DNA of 64,000 nucleotides from Podarcis melisellensis (lineage: Eukaryota). Position 1 is the stretch's first letter, and every line of letters begins with the position of its first letter. The position numbers and the translations under genes were made by a program. The stretch lies in NCBI GenBank assembly GCA_964234715.1, contig OZ174281.1; one strand, 5' to 3'. This document shows positions 18,762 to 31,002 of this stretch, piece after piece. A model generated the notes under the pieces. The model saw only the letters and a list, made by a program, of their open reading frames with translations. It did not search any database and was not told the DNA's origin.

Positions 18762-20010
18762 CTGCTAGCATCTCTTTGCTGTCTGTTACAGCTTAACGTT
18801 GTGAAATATATATGTAATTCGTTTAAAAATATAGCACTAATGTGGAATACAGCCTTTTTCAATCTTCCATATATAACATCAAAATGCTTCACAAAATCTC
18901 ATTCAATGTTGTAAATGTGCATACCATTTATTACAAATGGTATTTATTTTAGATCCTAGGTCCAAAAAGCATCTTCCCAACAGAGCTATTTATGTACAAA
19001 AAAAAAATCTTTCACTGAAGTTTTAACAGCGCTGGCAGCTGTTACAAAAAAATCTGCTGAAAAGCACTTGCTATTTTATGTTCACTTTAATGATTTTTAT
19101 TAAACTTAAACTCCTACAAAAAACAAAACATCAAGCTGTGGGAAATATTACACACTTGTGGGAATGTGGGGAGTGAGGGTCTATTCATCTTATATAATTT
19201 ATAGGTTAACTGTACAGTTTTCTTTTTGGAAAAGATGTAATATTGTTTTCATTTTTTAAAAATAACTTATTTTATACATATTGCGCAATTGTAAATAATC
19301 TTGTATTTAACGTTCAACCCTGTATAAAAATAGATATTTTAATTGTAAAACTGTTTTGTCTAATGTTTTATTGGACCAAAGTTGTTGTTTCTTATGTGTA
19401 GTGTATAGGCAATTTTCTTTTAAAAGGCATGTATTTGATTTAGCTACTTGTTCCATCACCATAACTGTTAAGATTTGAGACTGAGTGGTATTGCATGCTA
19501 GCTCAGTTCAGGTTTTTTCCTACTGTGTGGTACCTAAATGATTGCAACATACGGTGCCAATCCACCAAGCACTGCTTCTGTACAGCATCCATTCATTCAG
19601 AGGAATTTGCATGAGTGTCCCTTTCAGTGTGGTTGCAGCAGTGCTTAATGGATTACACTTTGACTTCCTAGAGCCATTTGTCTTTTGATATGCTGCTGTA
19701 ATCCCATGCCTATGACTTACTATGAAGAGTATTATGTTTAAAATCTTAAAAGATTATAAATCTGCTCTTACATTGTGGTCTCAAAACAAGCCTTTTAGTG
19801 TCCTGCTTCTCCCTTACAAATGCCTCTCAATGAAAAATTGTACATTGTCTATTTTAATATTTACCTATTAAAGCATATGTAAATAGTTGTAAATACAATG
19901 TTTAATAAATTCTATTGGTCATGCTAACAGATGGTTGAATCCTTGTGATGGTGAAATTTTCATTCTTGAAGTTTTATACACTTTGACAAAAATAAATCTT
20001 TGAAAGTTCC
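18762..20010 (+). other. ANKRD12: ANKRD12 3' UTR (approximate)
   Basis: AT-rich sequence after the stop; ATTAAA 19867, AATAAA 19904 and 19991; TGTAAATA at 19290, 19878, 19888. Confidence 0.65.
19904..19909 (+). terminator. Poly(A) signal of ANKRD12 (second AATAAA at 19991-19996)
   Basis: AATAAA preceded by TGTA elements and followed by GT/T-rich sequence. Confidence 0.6.
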
Positions 20011-20257
20011 ATGATAAGATTGTAGTTTTATATTCTGACCAATTCTCCATTTTTTTGTGAAGAACTGACTAATAATATAATGTTCTTATTGTACTATTAG
20101 AATGACTGCCATTATGATTGGATATACGTTATGTGGAGGGAGGGATTCTGGATGTGCCTAGGGAGAGGTGGATCCAAATCCTCAGTCACTATGTCTCAGC
20201 TTAAGCCTATCTGAGCTCCTGGGGGGAACTCTGTTAAGTTGTCCCAGAAGAGTATTA

Positions 20258-20501
20258 TTATTATTTTTTGTTAAATCATTTTAATTAATTTTCCAATAAA
20301 AAAAATCCAATTATCATATCAAATTATAATCCAATTAAAATAAAAAAATAAATTAAAAAGACTAAATTATCATCCAAATTATAATTATTAATTTTTCGGG
20401 ACTTCCCATAGCCTGGACCTTGAAGCATATCTCCAAATCTCAATCCTGCTTCTCCTCGTTGTTTCCATATTTTCCACATCTCGATTTTAATGCTTCAACC
20501 A
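20258..20501 (-). mobile_element. 5'-truncated non-LTR retroelement (L1-like 3' end) with 12-bp TSD
   Basis: AGAAGAGTATTA at 20246-20257 and 20502-20513; A/TAA-rich tail on the minus strand. Confidence 0.7.
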
Positions 20502-23500
20502 AGAAGAGTATTAAAATACATTGCCCTCTGTGTCCTATCCCTGTTGGTGATGGTCAGACCACTCCACTATAAGGGAGTTTGCTCATGCTAAATTTGTCAA
20601 AAAGTTTAGTGTTTTATTTTCCCTAGTGTGAATGAATAACAAACACAAAATTAACCTTCCTTTGTAAGGTTAACAAGAACATTGAGAAACCCTAGTGCCT
20701 TTGGGTGGGAGGAGGTGAAGAGGGGCAATTTTTGCTGCCTCTGATCTGTCTCCCAAATTGGAGGCTCTTTGCCATCTACTCAAGGGAAGCTCATGAAAAC
20801 TGAGTCCATCCCTGTCTGCATAGACTCTTTCATCTACAGAAATGTGTCCCTTAGTCATGCCAAAAGTGTGACTAATGTTTCAAGAGTGTGACACAGAGAA
20901 TGTTGGAAATCGTTAGATAGATGGATTAAGAACATAAAAAGAGCCTTGTTGAAGTAGATTGAGATCCATCTCACACAGCGTCCTGTTTTCAAGTATGGCC
21001 AACCAGATCCCTCTGTGAAGCCTTCCTTATTCTTTGTCTCTGGCACTGTCTATTCCAAAGATAGAATAACTCCAAACAAGGACTTCAATTTGGCTGCTAT
21101 GCTGATTGCTGTTGATAGCTATGTGATGAACTACTATTTCTTGCTATTTTTGTTTTAAACTATTTAATCAAAGTACTTTCTAAGCAGTGTAGAAATTGTA
21201 GATGGAGCATAACTAAACTAATGTGGTCATTGTGCATTTTTGCTGCATGTAGAGGGGATCTGGTTGTAGCATCCAAGTGTATAAACATGTCAAAATTCAT
21301 GTATGTGGAATATTCACACAGGAAGTGTGTGATGCTTTTATTAATTTAGACACAGGATGCTTGTATTAATTCAGAAGCTAACCCAGCAGAATAGGCACAC
21401 AGATTCTTCATTTTCCTATTGCTGATTAAAATGGGATAAGCACAGAAGCAGCAAAGTGGCACAAAGTTTCCCAGCGGGTTTTTGTGTTTTGGCACATTGT
21501 TTGCTCCCAGAGAAATGATGTTTGGAGTATACACGCCACAGGCAAAACACTAAGCTGGAATTTCGCTAGGAACTTCTGTTTCCCATGGACAGTATTCAAC
21601 TATCATGTCCTATCAGCACAAGAATTCCTGCTTCCACAACAGGACTTTCCACCTTCTCCCCACACTTTCCCTGAACCTTCCCTATATCTGCTCCATAGAG
21701 TTGGGGGGACTCCTAGAACAAATTGGGGATGAAATGAAGGTAGGAGAGGGAGAAAACATTCTGTGGCACAAGCAGAAATCCTTGCACTTAAAGGATGTTC
21801 ACATAGTATTACATTGGACACAACTCTACATGTTTATTCACCATGCGGATGTTCTTGACGTTCAGGTTTGAAAAGGATGTTGTTGCTGTTTAGACAGTAT
21901 GATGGGCCAATAATTGCACACTGCTAGCTCTCTGGTTAAGCACCATATAATATTCTATATAGTTCCTTGGGACATCACTCTAAAGTAAGGAATGTAAACA
22001 GTTCCCTGGGGCATCCAACATCAAATTTCAAGAGGCACCATCATGCACATTCTTGTATGTGTGTGTGTGTATAGTTGTGCCACCATGCTTAAAATGCACA
22101 TGCGGAGCTTGGAATCCACAAGAAAATAATAGACACTGCCCCGCCTCTCCTCTTCAGTCACACAAGCAAGTAAAGCAGCATTTGATAAGAAGAGGTTGGG
22201 TGGATAAGGCTTTAGTAGCAGCTGGTGAAAGCTATAGTAGAAGCTGCCCAGTCTCAATAATGGAGAAAACCTAGCCAGCAGACGATAAGGATACTGCTAC
22301 AAAGGACTGTGTGGCAAACTTGTTCAAAGCTAGCAAACCAGGTATTCTTTTTCTTTTTATCTCTCCCCATAGACACCTGTGTGTTTAATACCTTTACGGC
22401 AGGCAGAATTCAGCAGCTTCACTTGCTGAATTTTTGCCTCCCATGTTAAAAGAAAGGCCTAGCGCCCACTTATTTATCATTGTACAAATTACTCACTGGT
22501 GTTAGATGCACTGAGCTCTAATAGAGACAATTATTTTACATCTAGGGAGCAAATATTGTCGGCCTGTTCCCATTTATTTTTATTTTGTCTTTAGGATATG
22601 GTTTTATTTACACATATATGCAACCTGAGCATTGGATGGGAGGGGGTTGGTCTGTTCCCATTTACGTATATGAAACTTCTCTGTACATACGCTGCATTGT
22701 GTATGTGTAAATATTAATAGGAATGTGAATTGGATTATAACCATTTCTTGTCATGATTCAACAAATGAAGCTTTCACTTATTTTCATGTTGGAAGAAACA
22801 TCTACAGAATTTTACAGCTGCTATATACATAGGAAATATATTGTGGTGGGGAAAAATGGTGGTAACCTCATCTTCATTTCAAGTTGTGTTCTAGTGTTCC
22901 TTTTCCGTCATTCTTCTGACACTTTCTTACCTGTCCCAGATGGGATTAAATAATCTACCCACCTCCCAGGGCACATTTATTTTCATGCACCCTCAGTATG
23001 ACTCATGGGATGCCCTTCCTCTCATTTGCAGAGGGAAGAATTTCCCCCCTCTTATTTTCCTTTTTCTTAAATAGAAAGTCAAAATGTTTTTCCCCAGTGA
23101 ATCTGTTTGACCCACTAGGACTTCAATCCTGTGAACATTTGGGAGTAAGCCCCACTGAAAATGAGGAAATACTACAAAGGTTGATTGCCTCTTAACATGC
23201 TTTAACCAGCCACAAATGAAGTAAGATAATGTGTGAGAAAGCATTGGTTTTGCTCCCTCTTTAAAAGTATGGTTATGGATAAAATGGGACTTCTTGGAGT
23301 TTAATGGTGTTGCAGGGGCTAATCACCTGGGTCTTAGTCTTGTAGTTGGCACTTCATGCTGTGCCGTATTATCTCTAAAAATCCACACACTTGATGTCGC
23401 TTAATGTTACAGGCTACTTATTGACCATGTTTTAACCACTCTCTTGTAGAAAACCCATGAGAAGGCGGCAAATTTCTGTTCCACTCATCCATTATATGCT

Positions 23501-24549
23501 TATGAGTGAAGTGGGAATTTTAGTCCATGCTAATCCCCATTAATAGCTTTTATGTTAGATAAAAGTTATGGTGGTAAACAATTTCTACCTGTAATTTGTA
23601 AATTTAATTTGTAATTAATTAATTAATTAATTGTAAATATTGAGGCAGAAATTAAATGACTTTCATATAATCGGATTAACAAAGGTGAGTACAGAATAAG
23701 GATTGCATCTCAATGGTAATTTTGAAACCACTGTCCTATACAGAAAGGATTGAAATACTTATGACTATGAATGAATCATGACCAAATCCATTAAATGGCA
23801 GGTCTCTTCAACTTTCATACCCTTTCTTTCAACCTTTATTCTCTTCATTAATTTATAAAACTGGCTGGGAGCTGTACTGTACAACAGGAGACTGGTTGAA
23901 TGTTGTATGAGCTTACTAATTATAAGAAACGGAGGGAGGCTGTTCCTGAAATAACTAGATCCAGATTACAGTGTAGCTGAAAGGGACAGAGATCTCACCA
24001 TACTGAATTACATAAGAAACCTATGTAGCTTAACATGTTCTTGCCCGTTTGCTAAGATCGGAAATGAGAGGTGTGTTATTGTGTACCTGTTGGCCAAAGA
24101 GACTACTGTCTTTTCTGTGCACAATTACTTAGGAATAAGGCACATTGACAGAACTGGAAATTACTTTTGAGCAAGCATGAATAGGACTGCACTGCACATA
24201 AACTTCTTATTGTGGACCAGCCTATTATTTACATTCATGCCCAGATGGATCCTGAGAAGTTGTTTCTCCTTGAAATGCTAGTAAATGCCCAAATGGGTTG
24301 TGAGCTATAGTCTTTCTTAGACATATTACATTTTTTCACTTACTTTGTTCATCTCTACCCTGTTTGTCCTTGTTCTTGTTTAAGGTGAATTCTGGAATGA
24401 CCTCGCATTTGAAATCTCTAGTTACTGGTGCCCATTGAAATTTGAAGGGTGGAAGGGAGACCAACAATAGGTAGAGCCAAAGCCAGTGACAGGCAGAGCA
24501 AATTCTAATTTTGTTAAAGCGAATTATACCACAGAGGAAGGGACACCGC

Positions 24550-25300
24550 TTGGGCGTAAATTTAACGCTAATTCGGAGGCCTATGCAATGCGCATGCGTG
24601 CTCCTGGCTCAAACCATCCCTTCGCTTCCACACACCCCCTATAAGACTACATCTCCCAAAATGCATCAAACAAAAAAAAAGGGCAGGCGGGACTTTCTAC
24701 CCGTTATATAAAACTAGGGAGAACAAGTGCGCAGGCGCAGGCTCCCTTCTTCGCTCCTCTTGGGTAGCTCGCTCCCTCAGCTACTACGACAGCCCCTCCC
24801 TGTGCGTCATGCGCGTGCGCTGCCTAATTCCGGCCTCTGCCCTCGATAGCCAAAGGGCTGCAAGAAACAGGCCGGAGAAGCAGGGGGGAGGAAAAGAGAA
24901 GGGCGTTCGCGCATGCGCCTCCAAACTGCCTCCTTCTGTTCCCTATACCCGACCTTGTAAGCGGGCGGCGAGGGGATGGGGCGCGGAGCGGGGCCCGGAT
25001 GAGGCCGAAGAGGAGCCAGGCTCAGCACAGCCCTCCTGCCAGCGACGGGCTCCCCACCCACCCGCTCAGGTCAGTGCTGGGGCCATGCTCATGCGCGTGA
25101 GGACTCCCCGCCCGACCCGGGTTCTCCCTCACATCAGCTCCGTTGCCTCCGAGAAGGGGGTGAGGGAGGGAAATGTGGCCGAGCCTGTGGGAGAAGGGCA
25201 TTAACTGAAGCGCTCTCTGCGGCGCGCATGCGCTAGTATCCCTGTGCAGCGCCCCCTAGCGCCTGGGGGCGCCTGGTGACTGAGGCCCCGTTGGGTCTCA
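24550..25300 (+). promoter_or_regulatory. RALBP1: CpG-island promoter and probable non-coding exon 1 of RALBP1
   Basis: CpG-dense; NRF1-type motifs at 24589, 24728, 24909, 25224; ZNF143/THAP11-type ACTACATCTCCCAAAATGCA 24646-24665; CTCF-like CAGCGCCCCCTAGCGCC 25247-25263; candidate donor CAG|GTCAGT at 25069/25070. Confidence 0.8.
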
Positions 25301-25963
25301 GGCTGCCACTCCCTTTTTCTCCTCAGGATTGCTGAATGGGGTGTTGGCATATTGGCACACCCTGCGGGTGGGATGAAAACGATACAAGCAACGTCGACGT
25401 TATCAACCGCTTTGAGGTGTTTTTTTGGGGGGGGTTGCACTCAAGCGGTGTATAAATTTTATGAAATAAATAAATACTCTGCAACAAGTGGTTCAGGTTG
25501 CAATCCTATGCACGCTTAACATGTTAAAAAGGCCCTTTGCATGTAGTGGGGTTAACCTCTGAGTAAATGTGTGTTGTCCAAGTATCTTCCACTCACCATC
25601 ATTCCCCCCATCCACTTTTGCCTGCTTAATGCTCCCGGTGACTACTTATGTGGACTCTCTTAATGCATAAACATGCCCCTTTGAGACTATGGCAGGATGG
25701 TTAAAAGATAACTAATGAATGATGTTAAACTGCAACCAGCCAGCCCCCATTCACAAGCATCCTGTTTGTAGGATCAAATAAACTTCTGAAATGGGAACAC
25801 AGTGGTAACTATTGCGATTCAGGATGCATTTATGTAATGGTTTTTCTTTTGGGGGGAGTAACTGCTGCAGTCTTCCATGTTCCCTTTCTTAGTTCCTTAG
25901 ATGTGCAAAAATAAACAGGGATTTATTTATTTTTTTAAAAAAAGGATTACAGAAGCTCATATA

Positions 25964-26470
25964 CCATATTTTTCGCCCCATAGGACGCACTTTTTCTCCT
26001 CCAAAAATGAAGGGGAAATCTGGGTGCATCCTATGGAGCGAATGCAGGCTTTCGCTGAAGCTTGGAGAGCGAGAGGGTCGGTGCACACCAACCCCTCTCG
26101 CTCTCCAGCCTTCAGGAAGACATCCGCAGCCTAGGCAGCCCTGCTGGCGCGCTGGGCACGCTGAAAGCAGAGCACTCGGCACTTCGGGAACACATCCGCA
26201 GCCTAGTTCCCGCAGGGCTACCCACGCTGCGGATAGCAGCCTGCCGCCCGGCGCGCGGCACACCCTGAAGCAGAGCGCCCCTCATGCCGGGCAGACATCG
26301 GCCAGCCCCACAAGCTCGGGGGACAGCAGGGAGGCACAGCGCCGCCATCCCGCTGTTCCCTGACTTGGTTTTGGGGGAGAAATAAAGGAAAACATTTTTT
26401 CCTTTATTTCCCCCCAAAAAACCTAGGTGCGTCCTATGGGACGGAGCGTCCTATGGGACGAAAAATACGG
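25964..26470. mobile_element. Tc2/pogo-like MITE, same termini family as 14507-15068
   Basis: TA|CCATATTTTTCGCCCCATAGGACGC ... GCGTCCTATGGGACGAAAAATACGG|TA. Confidence 0.85.
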
Positions 26471-26474
26471 TATG

Positions 26475-26935
26475 TGTTAGCAGCCAAACAGAAATCAAAC
26501 AGAATTGGGGATAAAAAGCACCCCGTGGCACCCCACGGTGCAACTGCCAAAGGCGAAAACCTAATCCCCTAATGCTATTTACTAAATCCAGCCCCTTAGG
26601 TATGAGCGGAATCGCTTCAACACAGTGCCACCAACTCACAACACAGAAGTGGCCATAGTCAAAGGTATCAAAAGCTGCTGAGGGACCAAGCAAGAGCAAC
26701 AAGGTCTGTCCTGCTTCTGAAGGACATCATGTATCAGGACACCCAAAGATGATTTTGTTCCCAAACAAGGCTCAAACCCAGACTGAAATGGGTCAATATC
26801 ATCAGCTTCCTCTAAGAGTGTCTGCCAGCCCCCTCTCAAGCACCTTACCCTCAAAAGGGGATATTTGTGATAGGGTGGTAGTTGTCAAACACCTCAAGAT
26901 CCAAGGAAGGCTTCTTTAGGAGCACTACTGCCTCC
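26475..26935 (-). mobile_element. Degraded L2/CR1-group LINE, reverse-transcriptase fragment
   Basis: Frameshifted minus-strand translation ...EEADDIDPFQSGF...LLLGPSAAFDTFDYG...GVPRG..., matching LINE RT motifs QSGFR, DLSAAFDT, GVPQG. Confidence 0.8.
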
Positions 26936-29900
26936 CATGTGTACGTTTATAACATACTTTAGTTTCTGTATTTAATGAAAGCCATAACATACCAGGATTA
27001 GTTGAAGAAACAAATACTGTGATATATTTTAAAAGATTTCTAGATTTGTGTCTATGCTCGTAATTGTATTGGTCACACAGAATTCTTGTTATTAGCAACA
27101 GAGCAAATACTGAAGATACCAGTGCACCTTGTAAAAGAAAAAAAGTTTAAAAATACCTCTCTCTGAAATCCTGGAGAGCTACTGTCAGACAGGACTGTCC
27201 TCATTCAGGCGCAATTGGTCTGGCTTGGGAAAAGGCTGCTGCTTATATCCTTCAGCACCACAAAGAACTCTCTCTAAGAAAGGTTTCTTTTTGTATGTGT
27301 CCTTTTGGGTGCATTTGTTAACACAAGGAATTGTTTTAGCCACACAGAATGATCTCTATATAGGTGGCTACAGTTTCCCTAAAGGTTTTGGAAGTGCTTC
27401 AAACTGTAGCTGGTTATATATTTACCCGAGCTACATGGTTGCAGCTGCTCCATGGCTGGATCTTCCACAGCTCTGGTAATATTTGAGTAACAGAGGAAGA
27501 TCAGTGCAGCAGCAGGAGTGTTTAAATCAAGCTGTGTGTATGTAAATACAGCTTGCATAGTGCAAGTAACCCCATCCTGAAGATTTTTAAAGCACACTAA
27601 AGCAATTTCAAGTTTGCCGTCCTGGTTCACAGTGAAAGCTTTTCTTCCTCCAATCGGTGACTGATTTGGAAGTCCCATGTTCTGTTTTGTATCCCATATC
27701 TACATTGCTTGCGCTGTGCTAGTATACCGACCACTGAGATCAAAACAGATTTCATGCCCTGACTTTCAAGGAAAAGAGATGGGGAAGTATCATTTTTAAA
27801 TTTTTCTTGTGATCAGAGAACCTTTGCTAAGCATCAGGCAAAAACTACCATTCTTCCCACCTCCTCTCTTTCCTTTAGGAAAGGTTGGCAGGAAGCTTCT
27901 CGGGCTGCTTCTCCATAATAGGGCTCATCTGATGAGCTTTTCTGACCATAATTTTTGGCTTTGCAGGCAAGGCCAGCCAAAAAATATGGACCTCTGCACA
28001 GATGTCACAAAGTAAAATGCTTCCTCAAAGCTGTGGAAAGCAGTGTTCTCCCCATTCATATTTTTTGGTGTAACCCAGCCCATTTTAGCCACAATTCAGT
28101 TTTAGATCCCACTGACTTCAGTGGGAGATACGTATGTGCTTAGTTCTCTCTCTGAATTTAATTGAATTGTTCATCCAGATAAGATTTTTTTCTTTTTTAT
28201 TGAGGCAAACATTCGGCCAGATTTGAGCATGTGTGGACACATGATATTAGCTGTGGCTCAGCAAATGAGGAATCTGGAATAAGAAAATGTTTCCCAGAAC
28301 ATTTCAGCACCAGAGAGAGCGGAACTGTTCAGTGTTTGTTATTTGTTGTACCATGACTTTGAAATGAACTTATGATAAAGGTTATACTGTGTCTGAATGT
28401 TTGCTAATAAACTGCTTAAAAAGCAAATTGTGTATGGACTTGAAGAGTTGCAGCTGTGCTGTTAACAAAATAGGAACCTGACATGGGTCAAATCAGGTTT
28501 GTTTATGATACATAGATTCTTTGTATTCCTTCCCTTTGACCCACTTACAGTTAAAGGCACCTTATGGACACTTTTCTAACTTTTAGTCATTCAAGGTCAG
28601 TGGGGCTACTCAGGGCAAAGTGGTTTAAGTTTTGACTCATGAAACTCAATTCAGTGCATATTTAGTGAGGGCTAAGTCTGTTCAGTTATGCTAGGATTGC
28701 AGGCTCAGCTGAGAAAACTTCAATTCTGAAATGCAAGGCTATGTTTTCAGAATGAGTTATCTTCTGATTTGGTAGCAGTAGCTGTTTGATTCAGGGCCAA
28801 AACTGCATGAGAGACATGGCATCTATGGTAGGAGCTCCCATTTTTATTTTTTATTTTGAAGTAATTTTAAGGGGATTCAATTTTTGTTGGAACAGTTGTG
28901 TGGAAGGAGAGAGAGATAAACTCCATGGCTTCATACTCCTTATCTAAATCTCCAAGGTGTTGCTTCACTGGTAGTTTGGCACTTGCTCTTGGCTGTGCAA
29001 CTTAATTGAAGGACCTTCGTAAGACTTTCATAAGCAATAGTAGGCAAGAGAGTGATTCACATGGGAGTTACGAGTTGTCCTGATAATTTTTATTCTATGA
29101 TTCTGGTTTTGAAATAACAACATGTTCTACCAGTGTATAGTCTACACATGATAAACTTTAGCGCTGAGAGAGAACAGAGTGTTCTTTACATAAATGCAAG
29201 TCAGTCTGACAGCAAGGATAGCTAAGGCAAGAGATTCAAACAAGGCTTATAGTTTTGCCCTAAGACAGTCCCCAGGTTCTGTGATGGAAATAAACAATGT
29301 GCACGCAGGAAATTGGCACAGACATACTTTAAACTAGTGTACTCTTATACTTCTTGTTTTAGGTTTACCTCCTGTTCCAAGATATAGAATTCTTCTCTCA
29401 GAATTGACATAAAAGGGGAGAGATTATGAGCTAATAGGAGTGTAGGGCAAGAACTAGGGGCCAGGGAGAAAAGGAAGTATGAAGAGTAGGTGGGGTGGGG
29501 GATCTTCAAATTGCTAAGATTTATTGAGATTAGCAGACCTCTTTGAAAGGTACCTCTGAATATTGAAGGGTTCCCTCTTCTGCATTGAATTTTGAACTTC
29601 AGGTCCCTTTGTTTAAAGTCCTGACTTTAGAAATCCTATAATACTTAACCGCTTGCAAAAAAAAGTGCACTTGCAAGGCTGAGATGACTGATGAATTTTC
29701 TGTCTGATGTACATCATTCCAACATCACATTAACCATGCTGTCCTGGGATAAGCATTGTTTGTATTGCTTTCTTTAAAGTACTTGTACTCTGCCCTTCCA
29801 GGCTTGCAGAAGGCAGCACACAATTTAGAAAAAAACCATAACAGGGCTAACAGGATAGAGTAGTCAAACTTAAAAATAGCACACTTTGCTTCAGGTCGAA

Positions 29901-30758
29901 AGTGGATGTCAGATTTCTCCATCTGATCCATAGTCCCTTTGCTGTAATAGACTTCTACAGGAAAGTCCATTACTGATTGAAGTTTCTACTTGGATGACAT
30001 AGAAGATATAATTTGGAATGGAAAAACCCTAGGTTGCAGACGTTTTCCAAAATAGCCATTGTCATTCTCCTCCTGTCTCATGAACCATGGCATCTACATC
30101 CATAAAATTATGCCAAACTGTAAGCTTTAAAATGTTTTCACAATAGCTTCTGCTCTGTCATGTAACATATACAATGCCAGTAATAACCAAAATATGTAGA
30201 AGAGAATCAGAAACTTTGGGGGTGTACACTTCAAAATAAGCTTTGGGCCACCACAGATTATATGCCTACTCTTCTAGTAGAAACTTCCCAGTGAGGTAGC
30301 ATTGCATTGCATCTCTCTCTGTATCTGTTTGGGGACAAGTTATAACCAAGATAGTGCCACATACCAATCATATCCAAAATAAACAAACTACTGGACTGAA
30401 CTTGATACAGTCTCATAGAAGACACTGTCCTGGATGTATGAGTATATGATTTATGATGAGCCAGAATGTGGGGTGTAAAGGAAATTGTACTTCATGGTTG
30501 CAGTTGAATTTCAGATTTTTAAACTTGAATCTGAATGTATGTGATATCATGAGTAGTCCTCTTTATATCATGTGATGAATTTTTGAGTGAAATTGAGTGT
30601 AATACATATTGAGTGTAATACATATAGAGCTGTATTGAAAGCAGTTTCTCTCACTATAATAGTATTTTGCAGCGACAAAAATACTTTGTGTTCTTTTTAT
30701 TGCAGGCATAATGGATAGGTAACAGGATATTGTTCTACTGTGGTGCCAGAGAGTAAGA

Positions 30759-31002
30759 ATGACGGAGTGCTTCCTGCCTCCCACCAGCAGCCCCAGTGAG
30801 CACCGCAGAGTAGAGCATGGCGGGAGTCTTGCTCGGACCCCGAGCTCTGAAGAAATCAGCCCAACAAAATTCCCTGGCTTATATCGAACTGGCGAGCCAT
30901 CACCACCTCATGACAGCCTGCATGAGCCTCCAGATATTGTGTCTGATGATGAGAAAGAACATGGGAAGAAGAAAGGAAAATTTAAAAAGAAGGAGAAAAG
31001 AA
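30759..31002 (+). CDS. RALBP1: RALBP1 (RLIP76) first coding exon; exon starts at 30706
   Basis: MTECFLPPTSSPSEHRRVEHGGSLARTPSSEEISPTKFPGLYRTGEPSPP...KKKEKR; acceptor tgcag| at 30705, donor A|gtagg. Confidence 0.96.

Noticed and set aside
21480-21620. Possible TWSG1 pseudo-exon remnant
   Set aside because: Only vague similarity by eye, with no Cys pattern or supportable alignment.
24807-25440. ORFs in the CpG island (131 aa +, 84 and 79 aa -)
   Set aside because: Expected from stop-codon scarcity in GC-rich promoter DNA; no homology recognised.
27900-27945. CTGATGAG as a second hammerhead core
   Set aside because: Part of a short palindrome (GCTCATCTGATGAGC) with no helix II followed by GAAA and no cleavage-site pairing.
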